Assembly (NCBI RefSeq): GCF_946187255.1
Contig: NZ_CAMHRZ010000001.1
Location: 1 to 33,468 of the forward strand
Length of the DNA stretch: 33,468 nt
Direction: 5' to 3'
Source: an uncultured Ruminococcus sp.
GTDB taxonomy: Bacteria; Bacillota; Clostridia; Oscillospirales; Ruminococcaceae
Shown piece by piece: positions 1 through 8,119 of this stretch; the stretch's first letter is position 1; each line of letters begins with the position of its first letter. Position numbers and translations under genes: made by a program. The notes under the pieces were generated by a model that ran no database searches, was not told the DNA's origin, and saw only the letters and a list, made by a program, of their open reading frames with translations.

Positions 1-14
1 CCTGTATTTAGGGT

Positions 15-65
15 AAAAAAAATTAATGCCCACTTTGTTTCGGCGTGAAAATGAGCATTAATTTT
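15..65 (-). terminator. Intrinsic terminator (minus strand)
   Basis: Inverted repeat 19-36/48-65 with two G-U pairs on the minus strand. The A-run at 15-22 reads as a U8 tail. Confidence 0.75.
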
Positions 66-270
66 CTTATAGAATTATGAAAGGGATTTGATGATTGACA
101 GAACCTGCAAAGCCTTGTAAGCTCTGCCAAACACCAACTATCGGGGAAGCGGTAAAACCTAATGTACAGTGAAGTGCGACTTGGGGGATCGCGCGAGGGA
201 AAACTTCTAAATTCATAGAGTTGGGGTTTCGCCGGACACTAGGCTTTACCGCTCCACCGAACTCTTTTTT
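15..270 (-). ncRNA. Candidate structured non-coding RNA (or long attenuated leader), ~255 nt
   Basis: 33-bp stem 141-173/228-260 closing two small hairpins (176-192, 202-222), a hairpin at 95-130 and a terminator at 15-65. Most non-Watson-Crick positions are A-C on the plus strand, i.e. G-U on the minus strand. A -10 box lies at 277-282. No convincing CDS. Confidence 0.6.
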
Positions 271-276
271 ACTGTG

Positions 277-314
277 ATTATATAATACCACCCCAATGTG
301 AACCGAACATGAAT
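277..314 (-). promoter_or_regulatory. Activator-dependent promoter: HssR/OmpR-type direct repeat plus TATAAT
   Basis: Minus strand reads ATTCATGTT-CG-GTTCACATT (314-295), 12 bp, then TATAAT (282-277). There is no canonical -35. It resembles the HssR box GTTCATATT-N2-GTTCATATT (recalled consensus). Confidence 0.6.
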
Positions 315-499
315 TATCGGGAGGGATATAAAAATAACTATTTTTCGTTAATAATGTACAATCGTATGCTATTCTCGCATTGGTAAATAAGCATATTGCA
401 CAGTAAATCAACACTTAATACACCGCACAGCACCTCTCTTTATGAACCGAAGCAGTTCACATTCAGATGTAAATGTTTTGTGAACAAAGCAAAAAGTGT

Positions 500-528
500 T
501 TGCAAAGCGGACAGTTTTGGAGTATAAT
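500..528 (+). promoter_or_regulatory. SigA promoter of the two-component operon
   Basis: TTGCAA-17bp-TATAAT. Confidence 0.75.
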
Positions 529-601
529 CTAAAGTGGAGCGGATCATCTCTGCTTTAAGCAGAATTGTCATAATTTACGGTGAAAGGACAGTGAGAACAC
601 A

Positions 602-1276
602 ATGTTTCAGATACTTGTTGTGGAAGACGATGCCAGCCTGCGCCGCCTGATGAGCGCAGCGCTCAAACAGAACGGCTATCAGCCCTTTACAGCCAGCGAC
701 GGCGTGGAAGCGCTGGATATGCTGGAGAAGACCAATATCGACCTGATAATATCGGATATCATGATGCCGAATATGGACGGTTACGAGCTTACCCGCCAGC
801 TTCGCAGTGCGGATTTCCAGATGCCGATAATAATGGTAACGGCAAAGGAGTCTTTTGAGGATAAAAAAGAGGGCTTCAATGCAGGCACGGATGATTATAT
901 GGTCAAGCCCATAGATATAAATGAGATGATACTTCGTGTGGGCGCACTGCTGAAAAGGTCAAAGCTCGCCAGTGAGCATACCATGACCGTTGGCAACTGC
1001 GTGCTGGACTACGATGCACAGACGGTATCCTTCAACGGTGAGCCGGGCGAGACTATACCCCAGATGGAATTCAAACTGCTGTTCAAGCTGCTCTCCTATC
1101 CAAACAAGATATTTACCCGCCGCCAGCTGCTGGACGAGCTGTGGGGCATGGACAAAGATGTTGACGAGCGTACTGTGGATGTACATATCAAGCGCCTGCG
1201 CGAACGCTGCGGCTGCGCTGATTCATTCTCGATAGTTACGGTAAGAGGTCTGGGATACAAGGCGGTAAAACAGTGA
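602..1276 (+). CDS. OmpR/PhoB-family response regulator, HssR-like
   Basis: Receiver motifs VVEDD, DIMMP (phospho-Asp), TAK and KP; winged-helix motifs RTVDVHIKRLR and TVRGLGY; RBS GAAAGGA. Confidence 0.95.
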   Translation: MFQILVVEDDASLRRLMSAALKQNGYQPFTASDGVEALDMLEKTNIDLIISDIMMPNMDGYELTRQLRSADFQMPIIMVTAKESFEDKKEGFNAGTDDYMVKPIDINEMILRVGALLKRSKLASEHTMTVGNCVLDYDAQTVSFNGEPGETIPQMEFKLLFKLLSYPNKIFTRRQLLDELWGMDKDVDERTVDVHIKRLRERCGCADSFSIVTVRGLGYKAVKQ

Positions 1277-2628
1277 GCATAAAAATGAACAACTCCGTGA
1301 TGAACCTGAAGCATCCGCCCCAGCAGAAGATGACCATGCAGTTCAAGCTGGCTATGATGTTCTTCATCGTTATGTTCATCTCCGCCAGCATATCCATAAG
1401 TGTGCTGCTGCTGATATTCAGCCCCGTGATGAAGGATAATGCAAAAGCACAGATGACCAACTTCGCCATGTCGGTGCAGGATCTGGAGAAGGAAGGCTAT
1501 TCCTATGACAGGATAGTCAGCCTGCTGAACACCTCATCCTACGATATAGAACCCCTTTCAAAGGACAACAAGGATGTGGAGTTCTTCAAGCCCGAGCTGG
1601 AAGAAACAGGCTACGCCATCACCACCGAAGGCATAGTCCCACGCGCGGTGATGATAACAAAGATATGCGGCAATTATGTAAGGATAAATACCTTCAACAA
1701 TGAGAACGTGTTCTGGATAGTTAATCTGGTCACGATAGTTGCGTTTATGTCCAGCATACTGCTGGGTACTATTATAACCACCATCGTCGGACGCACCATG
1801 CTGCAGCCGATACATGACCTGAGTATGGCTACCTCTGAGGTCGCAAGGGGCAATTTCTCGGTAAGAGTACGGGAGAACGGTTCGGACGAGTACGGACTCT
1901 TGCAGCGCAACTTCAACAAAATGGCACAGGAGCTTTCGGGTATAGAAACGCTGCGCGGCGACTTTATATCCAATGTATCCCACGAGTTCAAAACTCCGCT
2001 GGCTTCGATACAGGGCTTTGCAAAACTTTTGCAGGATCCCGAACTCGACCCTGCGGACAGGGCTGAGTATACACAGATAATCATTGACGAGACTTCGCGG
2101 CTTTCCAAGCTATCGTCAAATATACTCAATCTGACGAAGCTGGAAAATCAGACCACCATAGGCAAGAAGAAGCGTTTCCGCATAGACGAGCAGATACGCA
2201 AGATCATACTCATGCTGGAGCCCGAATGGTCGAAAAAGGATATCGATATGGATATCGACCTGGAGGATATACTCTATGTGGGCAATGAGGATCTTATGGG
2301 GCAGATATGGCAGAACATAGTCAACAATGCCATAAAGTTCACGCCTCAGAACGGCAAGATAAAGGTGAACCTTTTCCGCAGCAGCACGGGCATAGTCTGC
2401 AAGATATGGGACAACGGCCCGCAGATACCCGCAGATAAAAAGGATAAGATATTTGAAAAGTTCTATCAGGGCGACCGTTCCCGCGCAACTGAGGGCAACG
2501 GACTGGGACTGGCACTGGTAAAACGTATCGTCGATCTTGCAGATGGAAAGATAACCGTAGATAACCCCTTTGAGGGCGGAGTGGTCTTTGTGATTGAGCT
2601 TCCTTACCAGACCGAGGGCATGATGTAA
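1273..2628 (+). CDS. HAMP-domain sensor histidine kinase, HssS-like
   Basis: Two TM segments, HAMP, H-box SHEFKTPL, N-box NAIKF, DNG and GNGLGL. The GTG start overlaps the regulator stop (GTGA). Confidence 0.95.
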   Translation: MSIKMNNSVMNLKHPPQQKMTMQFKLAMMFFIVMFISASISISVLLLIFSPVMKDNAKAQMTNFAMSVQDLEKEGYSYDRIVSLLNTSSYDIEPLSKDNKDVEFFKPELEETGYAITTEGIVPRAVMITKICGNYVRINTFNNENVFWIVNLVTIVAFMSSILLGTIITTIVGRTMLQPIHDLSMATSEVARGNFSVRVRENGSDEYGLLQRNFNKMAQELSGIETLRGDFISNVSHEFKTPLASIQGFAKLLQDPELDPADRAEYTQIIIDETSRLSKLSSNILNLTKLENQTTIGKKKRFRIDEQIRKIILMLEPEWSKKDIDMDIDLEDILYVGNEDLMGQIWQNIVNNAIKFTPQNGKIKVNLFRSSTGIVCKIWDNGPQIPADKKDKIFEKFYQGDRSRATEGNGLGLALVKRIVDLADGKITVDNPFEGGVVFVIELPYQTEGMM

Positions 2629-2646
2629 CCGACAGGAGGTGCGGCA

Positions 2647-3291
2647 TTGAGAAGAAGCAGCGACGCGGGAAAGATCGTTTTCAGGATCATACTGTTGCTT
2701 GTCTGTGCGGCACTGGCGGGATATTTCGTATACAGCAGAGGCAGCCGCAGGGCGGTGGCAGGTCTTGAAGAACCTGTGCAGACCGAAGCCGAGGGCACTG
2801 TAAAACTGCACCATGACGGCTACAATATCATACTTACCTACCGCGCGGCGTATGAGACGGATGCACTGGTGGTACACAAGAAGAATTACAGCTCGGGACT
2901 GACGGGCTACTTAGCGCCCGTTGATCTGGCGCTGGCATGGGGCGATGTGGCGGCTTACAACACGAAGATCGACTTTCACTGGTCGCAATCGGGCAGGTGG
3001 TACTTCTGGAATGTGGACAGCTATGAGGAGCTGGCACCTGTGGGCGACGAGAGCGATGTCACAAGGCAGTCCGCCAATACACACATCATCCCCGCAAACG
3101 GTTCGGTGCGCCGAAAGATCAAGCGGATAAGGCGCGGCGACCGTGTAAAGCTGAAAGGCTATCTTGTAGATATGGACGCGGAAAACAGCAAAGGCGACAA
3201 GAGATGGTGGCACACCAGCCTTGTGCGCACGGACATGGGTGACGGCTCATGTGAGGTAATGTATGTGACGGATGCGGAGATAGTCAAATAA
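2647..3291 (+). CDS. Hypothetical protein with N-terminal membrane anchor
   Basis: TTG start after AGGAGG; hydrophobic N-terminal helix; motifs SANTHIIPA and RTDMGDGSCE; 18 bp after the kinase stop. Confidence 0.8.
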   Translation: MRRSSDAGKIVFRIILLLVCAALAGYFVYSRGSRRAVAGLEEPVQTEAEGTVKLHHDGYNIILTYRAAYETDALVVHKKNYSSGLTGYLAPVDLALAWGDVAAYNTKIDFHWSQSGRWYFWNVDSYEELAPVGDESDVTRQSANTHIIPANGSVRRKIKRIRRGDRVKLKGYLVDMDAENSKGDKRWWHTSLVRTDMGDGSCEVMYVTDAEIVK

Positions 3292-3303
3292 AAACCTCAT
3301 CTT

Positions 3304-3675
3304 TTACAGCACCGAACGCAGGTGCGGCTGCTGACGCTCGGAAAGCAGATCACAGAGAGCGCAGATAACATCTATCTGCCGGACAAGTTCGGGTGGATCC
3401 GCATCGGCAAGGGCGGGCAGGCGCGACATTTCCCCCGAGATATCCGCTATACTGTTTGTGTTTTCGATAAAGGCGAGTACACGGCAGTGTTTTTCCCACA
3501 ATGTGCATAAAGCATCTATGTCCTCTGCGGCACCCTCGCCGCAGAGGACTTTTTCGCGTATCTGCGAGCCCAGCTGCTGTATGCGCATATCAGCCTGCCT
3601 TATATAATACGACGACCACACACCGCCCGCTATCACCGTTATCAGCAGGGCTATACTTATACACAACCGCTTCAT
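3304..3675 (-). CDS. DUF4363-family protein
   Basis: N-terminal hydrophobic helix and W-x-K motif; ATGA-coupled to the DUF421 gene, a common clostridial pairing. Confidence 0.7.
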   Translation of the reverse strand: MKRLCISIALLITVIAGGVWSSYYIRQADMRIQQLGSQIREKVLCGEGAAEDIDALCTLWEKHCRVLAFIENTNSIADISGEMSRLPALADADPPELVRQIDVICALCDLLSERQQPHLRSVL

Positions 3676-4349
3676 TTCATATCCTCCTTTTTAACTATCG
3701 TGAACTTTGATGCGCTTTCCGCCGTCATGATGAATACCCCGTCTATCCCGCAGCCCCGCGCCTTCACCACCTTGCGCACCCACTTTTCATCAAGCCCGAG
3801 ATGCCGCAGTGCCGCATAGGATATCTCGCCGTCGCTTATCACCATTACAGGCGGATCGGTATCCTCGGGAGACAGCCCCAGATCGGCAGCAGAGGGGGGC
3901 GATGCGCTTTTCTTCGGGCATACGGTGATCGTACCCGTAGTTTCTGCTACCGCAAACTGCACGTCCGCCAGATCGAACACCTGCTGCGCCCGCAGTGCCG
4001 CCATAAGATCGTCCGTTGTGAAGCGCAGTTCCCGCATGGCGTGCTGGTCTATCTTGCCGTTTGTGACCAGCAGCTTCGCCGTACCGCTGACCGCCCTGCG
4101 CAGCCCGCGTGAATGGAGGGAGATATAGGATACTATCACATCTATCACCGCAAGGGTGAAGATGGGCACTATACCCATTGTCATGGGGATGCTTATATCC
4201 TCCACGGGCAGGGTGGCGATATTTGACAGAAGTATCGTCACCACAAGTTCGGAGGGCTGCAGCTCCCCTATCTGCCGCTTTCCCATAAGGCGCACAGCGG
4301 CTATGATGACAAAATAGAGTATAAATGCGCGGATGATAACTATCAACAT
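3672..4349 (-). CDS. DUF421 / YetF-family membrane protein
   Basis: RLMGKRQIGEL motif, three TM helices, AVAETTGTITV motif; RBS GGAGG. Confidence 0.9.
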   Translation of the reverse strand: MLIVIIRAFILYFVIIAAVRLMGKRQIGELQPSELVVTILLSNIATLPVEDISIPMTMGIVPIFTLAVIDVIVSYISLHSRGLRRAVSGTAKLLVTNGKIDQHAMRELRFTTDDLMAALRAQQVFDLADVQFAVAETTGTITVCPKKSASPPSAADLGLSPEDTDPPVMVISDGEISYAALRHLGLDEKWVRKVVKARGCGIDGVFIMTAESASKFTIVKKEDMK

Positions 4350-4381
4350 GGTCTGCCTCCGTTTTCACGTCGAATTTGCAG

Positions 4382-4410
4382 TTGATTTTTTCTGCAAATC
4401 GTGGTATAAT
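4382..4410 (+). promoter_or_regulatory. SigA promoter of recQ
   Basis: TTGATT-17bp-TATAAT with TG extension. Confidence 0.7.
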
Positions 4411-4460
4411 AGATAATGTATATTTTATAGTATCGATTTTTGGAAAGAGCTGATTACGTC

Positions 4461-6692
4461 ATGACCGACTTTTCTGATAAATACAGTGTACTGCGGGATT
4501 TTTTCGGACATAGTGACTTCCGCGAGGGACAGTCACCGCTGATAGATGCCCTGCTGTGCGGACACGATGCCGTCGGCATCATGCCCACCGGTGCGGGAAA
4601 ATCCATGTGCTACCAGATACCCGCACTTATGCTGGAAGGCATGACCGTTGTCATCTCGCCGCTTATATCACTGATGAAGGATCAGGTGAACAGCCTGATA
4701 CAATCGGGCATAAGGGCGGCATACCTCAACTCCTCGCTGACGATGCAGCAGTACAACGCTGCACTGTCCAATGCTATGAGAGGTATGTACAAGCTGATAT
4801 ACGTCGCACCCGAAAGACTGTGTACACCATCCTTTATGGAGCTGGCAAGAACTGTCAGGATATCACTGGTGGCGGTGGACGAAGCACACTGCGTATCCCA
4901 GTGGGGACATGATTTCCGCCCAAGCTACACCCGTATACCCGAATTCCTGGAACAGCTGCCATACCGACCTACCGTCGGCGCATTCACTGCCACCGCAACA
5001 GAACAGGTAAGGCAGGACATAACGGCACTGCTGAAACTTCGCGACCCGTTTTGTGTGACTACGGGCTTTGACAGGAAAAATCTGTACTTCGGCGTGATAC
5101 ACGCCCGCGACAAGTACGCGGCGGCAAAGACGATAATAGATGAAAACAAGGGCAGCTGCGGGATAATCTACTGCGCCACCCGCAAGGCGGTGGATGAAGT
5201 AAGTTCAAAGCTGACCGATGAGGGCATCCCCTGCGGGCGCTACCATGCGGGAATGACCGCTGAGGAGCGTAAAACAAGTCAGGATGATTTCATATTCGAC
5301 CGCACCCCGCTGATAGCGGCTACCAATGCTTTCGGCATGGGCATAGACAAATCCAACGTCGGGTTCGTCCTGCACTATAATATGCCCAAGAACCTCGAAA
5401 ATTATTACCAGGAAGCAGGACGTGCGGGACGCGACGGCAGTGAGGCTAAATGTATACTTTTATACAGTGCGGCGGATACTGTTACCAATAAATACCTGAT
5501 AAACAATTCCGCCGACAACAACGAGCTTGACGGCGATATGCTGGAACAGGTGCGCAGGCGCGACCTGCAAAAATTACAGAAAATGTCAGACTACTGCAAC
5601 ACGGGAAACTGTCTGCGGCAGTTCATACTGGACTATTTCGGGGAAAAGCGGCAGTGTAACTGCGGCAACTGCTCCAACTGTCTGGGTGAAACGGAACTGA
5701 CGGATATTACGCTGGAAGCGCAGAAGATACTTTCCTGCGTGTACCGCCTGCATCAGAGGAACCTGCGTTTCGGCGCGGTGGTGATATCCTCGATACTGAC
5801 GGGTTCCGAAACGGAGAAGATCAAAAAATTCGACTTGCAGACCCTCTCCACCTACGGTATAATGAAAGGCGATACTACGGTGCGCATACGCTCGATAATA
5901 CGCTTTTTGCAGGCGGAAGGCTATCTCACCGAAGGCGAACACAGCACGCTGGTGCTGACAAGGAAGTCCGCAGAGGTGCTGATGCAGGGCGGCAAGGTAA
6001 TGATGCGTATGCCCAAGACCGTTAAAAGGCAGGCGCAGAAGCGCACAGCGGAGAGAAAACAGGGCGGCATAACCGCATTTGACCGCGAACTTTTTGAAAG
6101 GCTGCGCACACTGCGTGCAAAGCTGGCGGCAGAGATATCGGTACCTGCGTACATAGTATTCAACGATGCCGCACTGCGGGAGATGTGCGTACTCATGCCC
6201 GTGACACAGAGCGCTTTTCTGGAAGTGCCGGGTGTGGGCAAGGTGAAGCAGGAAAGGTACGGTTCCTACTTCACGGCGGAGATACAGAAATATCTTCGTG
6301 AGAACCCCGATAAAAAGGATAGGTCCGACAGTACGGCGGACAGCGGGGCATCACTTGATGAGATAATTAAAAACGGCGCGGAGAGCCTACAGGGCACGGA
6401 TGCGGAGCTTTCACTCAATCAGCTGGGGGACGAGATACTCACACAGCTGGGTGTGAGCGCCGATAAAAAGCCTGTAGTGGAAGCCATGAAGCGCTGGCTG
6501 ATAAATGAGAACTATCTGACCGAACGTATCGAGAACGGACAGAAGCGTCTGGCGGCAACGATACTTTCGGAGGAAGCGGGGATAGTCGAAAGAGAAAAGG
6601 TATCCTCGCTGAACAGGTCGTATACCGCAGTGGTATTCCCGCGTACAGCGCAGGAGTTCATGTATGAAAATCTGGCGGAGATACTTGGGTAA
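4461..6692 (+). CDS. recQ: ATP-dependent DNA helicase RecQ
   Basis: PTGAGKS, DEAHCVSQWGHDFRP, QEAGRAGRDG, Cys-rich RQC and HRDC domains. ATG 4461 is preferred to TTG 4440. Confidence 0.97.
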   Translation: MTDFSDKYSVLRDFFGHSDFREGQSPLIDALLCGHDAVGIMPTGAGKSMCYQIPALMLEGMTVVISPLISLMKDQVNSLIQSGIRAAYLNSSLTMQQYNAALSNAMRGMYKLIYVAPERLCTPSFMELARTVRISLVAVDEAHCVSQWGHDFRPSYTRIPEFLEQLPYRPTVGAFTATATEQVRQDITALLKLRDPFCVTTGFDRKNLYFGVIHARDKYAAAKTIIDENKGSCGIIYCATRKAVDEVSSKLTDEGIPCGRYHAGMTAEERKTSQDDFIFDRTPLIAATNAFGMGIDKSNVGFVLHYNMPKNLENYYQEAGRAGRDGSEAKCILLYSAADTVTNKYLINNSADNNELDGDMLEQVRRRDLQKLQKMSDYCNTGNCLRQFILDYFGEKRQCNCGNCSNCLGETELTDITLEAQKILSCVYRLHQRNLRFGAVVISSILTGSETEKIKKFDLQTLSTYGIMKGDTTVRIRSIIRFLQAEGYLTEGEHSTLVLTRKSAEVLMQGGKVMMRMPKTVKRQAQKRTAERKQGGITAFDRELFERLRTLRAKLAAEISVPAYIVFNDAALREMCVLMPVTQSAFLEVPGVGKVKQERYGSYFTAEIQKYLRENPDKKDRSDSTADSGASLDEIIKNGAESLQGTDAELSLNQLGDEILTQLGVSADKKPVVEAMKRWLINENYLTERIENGQKRLAATILSEEAGIVEREKVSSLNRSYTAVVFPRTAQEFMYENLAEILG

Positions 6693-6733
6693 GCAGAGGA
6701 TAATTCGGGAAGTAAGGAAAGAGGTAAATAGGA

Positions 6734-7588
6734 ATGTCATATTTGAAGGATAAAAAAAGGGTAGTAATAAAGGTCGGCACTTCTACGCTGACACACCGCA
6801 CGGGAAGGCTGAACATAAGGCGCGTTGAGGGGCTGGTAAAGAACCTTGCAGATCTCCAGAACGCGGGGCATGAGATAATACTGGTATCCAGCGGTGCCAT
6901 CGGACTGGGTATGTCGAAGATAGGTCTTCCCGTGCGCCCGAAGGATACGCCCACAAAGCAGGCGTGTGCGGCAGTGGGTCAGTGCGAGCTGATGTATCTT
7001 TACGACAAGCTGTTCGCGGAATACAGCCTTAATGTGGCTCAGTTCCTGCTGACAAAGTTCGTGCTGCTTGAGGACAGGCGCCAGAACGTGCAGAATGCAC
7101 TGGAAAAAGTTATACAGCTGGGAGTTATCCCCATAGTAAACGAGAACGACACGGTGGCTATCGATGAGCTGGAACTTGAAATGGGCGAGAACGATTCGCT
7201 GGCTGCAACGGTGGCGAAGATAGCTAAGGCAGACCTGCTGATAATCATGTCGGATATAGACGGACTTTACGACTACGACCCCCGCCTTGACCCCGATGCG
7301 AAGCTGATACCCGTTGTGGAGGAGATAGATGACAATATACGCGCTCTCGCGGGAGGTGCGGGCACTTCGATGGGCACAGGCGGTATGCGCACCAAGATAA
7401 ACGCCGCAGAGATCGCTGTGAACAGCGGCATAGATATGATCATACTCAACGGCAAGAACCCCGACAACCTCTACTATCTGTTTGAGACAGGCAGTCTGGG
7501 CACGAGGTTCAAGGCAAAGGGTGCGCTGCCCGAAAAGAAAGCACCCGTCAACGACGAGAGCAGCGACAGCGATATCATCGAAGAATAA
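6734..7588 (+). CDS. proB: Glutamate 5-kinase (no PUA domain)
   Basis: VIKVGTS, VSSGAI, AAVGQ, PIVNEND, GTGGMRTK. Confidence 0.96.
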   Translation: MSYLKDKKRVVIKVGTSTLTHRTGRLNIRRVEGLVKNLADLQNAGHEIILVSSGAIGLGMSKIGLPVRPKDTPTKQACAAVGQCELMYLYDKLFAEYSLNVAQFLLTKFVLLEDRRQNVQNALEKVIQLGVIPIVNENDTVAIDELELEMGENDSLAATVAKIAKADLLIIMSDIDGLYDYDPRLDPDAKLIPVVEEIDDNIRALAGGAGTSMGTGGMRTKINAAEIAVNSGIDMIILNGKNPDNLYYLFETGSLGTRFKAKGALPEKKAPVNDESSDSDIIEE

Positions 7589-8013
7589 TGGCGGAGATAG
7601 TTTACATCGGAGAAGCTGACGATGAACTGGATGAATTCGCGGGGCGCAGCTTTGCTGAACATTCAGCCGCTCACGGGATAGAATGCGGATACTGCGGCTT
7701 TGTGTTTGCCGCAAAAGAAAATGGCAAGGCAGTCGGTGTGGTGCAGGGGTACGCTTATTTTGACGAGGTCTATATAAGCGAACTGATAGTTTCGGAGGAA
7801 TATCGCGGCAGAGACATTGGCACAGCGCTGATTAAAGCGGTGGAAGAACACTTTGCGGGCGGCAGGTTCGATCATATCAGCCTTACCACCCACAGATTTC
7901 AGGCGGCGGGATTTTACGAAAAATGCGGCTTCACCACCGAGTTCATAAGAAAGAGCCGCAAAGACCCCGCACTGGACAAGTATTTTATGGTGAAGTATAT
8001 TAACCGACAATGA
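7588..8013 (+). CDS. GNAT-family N-acetyltransferase
   Basis: V-x-x-x-YRGRDIG acetyl-CoA motif and FYEKCGF; TAATG coupling to proB. Confidence 0.9.
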   Translation: MAEIVYIGEADDELDEFAGRSFAEHSAAHGIECGYCGFVFAAKENGKAVGVVQGYAYFDEVYISELIVSEEYRGRDIGTALIKAVEEHFAGGRFDHISLTTHRFQAAGFYEKCGFTTEFIRKSRKDPALDKYFMVKYINRQ

Positions 8014-8119
8014 AATTGCTACTTTGCGAACTTCGCAAAAGCATATATCGGACTTTTACTCGTTCTCAAAGTGCAATTTCTAATGTCGTTTACTATATTT
8101 CGGGTAAGGAGGTATCATA

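Noticed and set aside
141-260. Structured element as tmRNA, tRNA-Sec, SRP RNA, 6S RNA or retron msr-msd
   Set aside because: No T-arm or CCA end, no SRP GGAA-loop helix, no 6S-style central bubble at the expected length, no long msd hairpin, and no reverse transcriptase in the window.
67-414. 115-aa minus-strand ORF (and its internal 49-aa ATG ORF, 216-67)
   Set aside because: No recognisable motif or RBS. It crosses the predicted promoter and lies over strong RNA structure. A small peptide cannot be fully excluded without Ribo-seq.
6737-7714. 325-aa antisense ORF over proB (similarly 8969-9868 over proA)
   Set aside because: Shadow ORFs opposite well-conserved genes, with no motifs.
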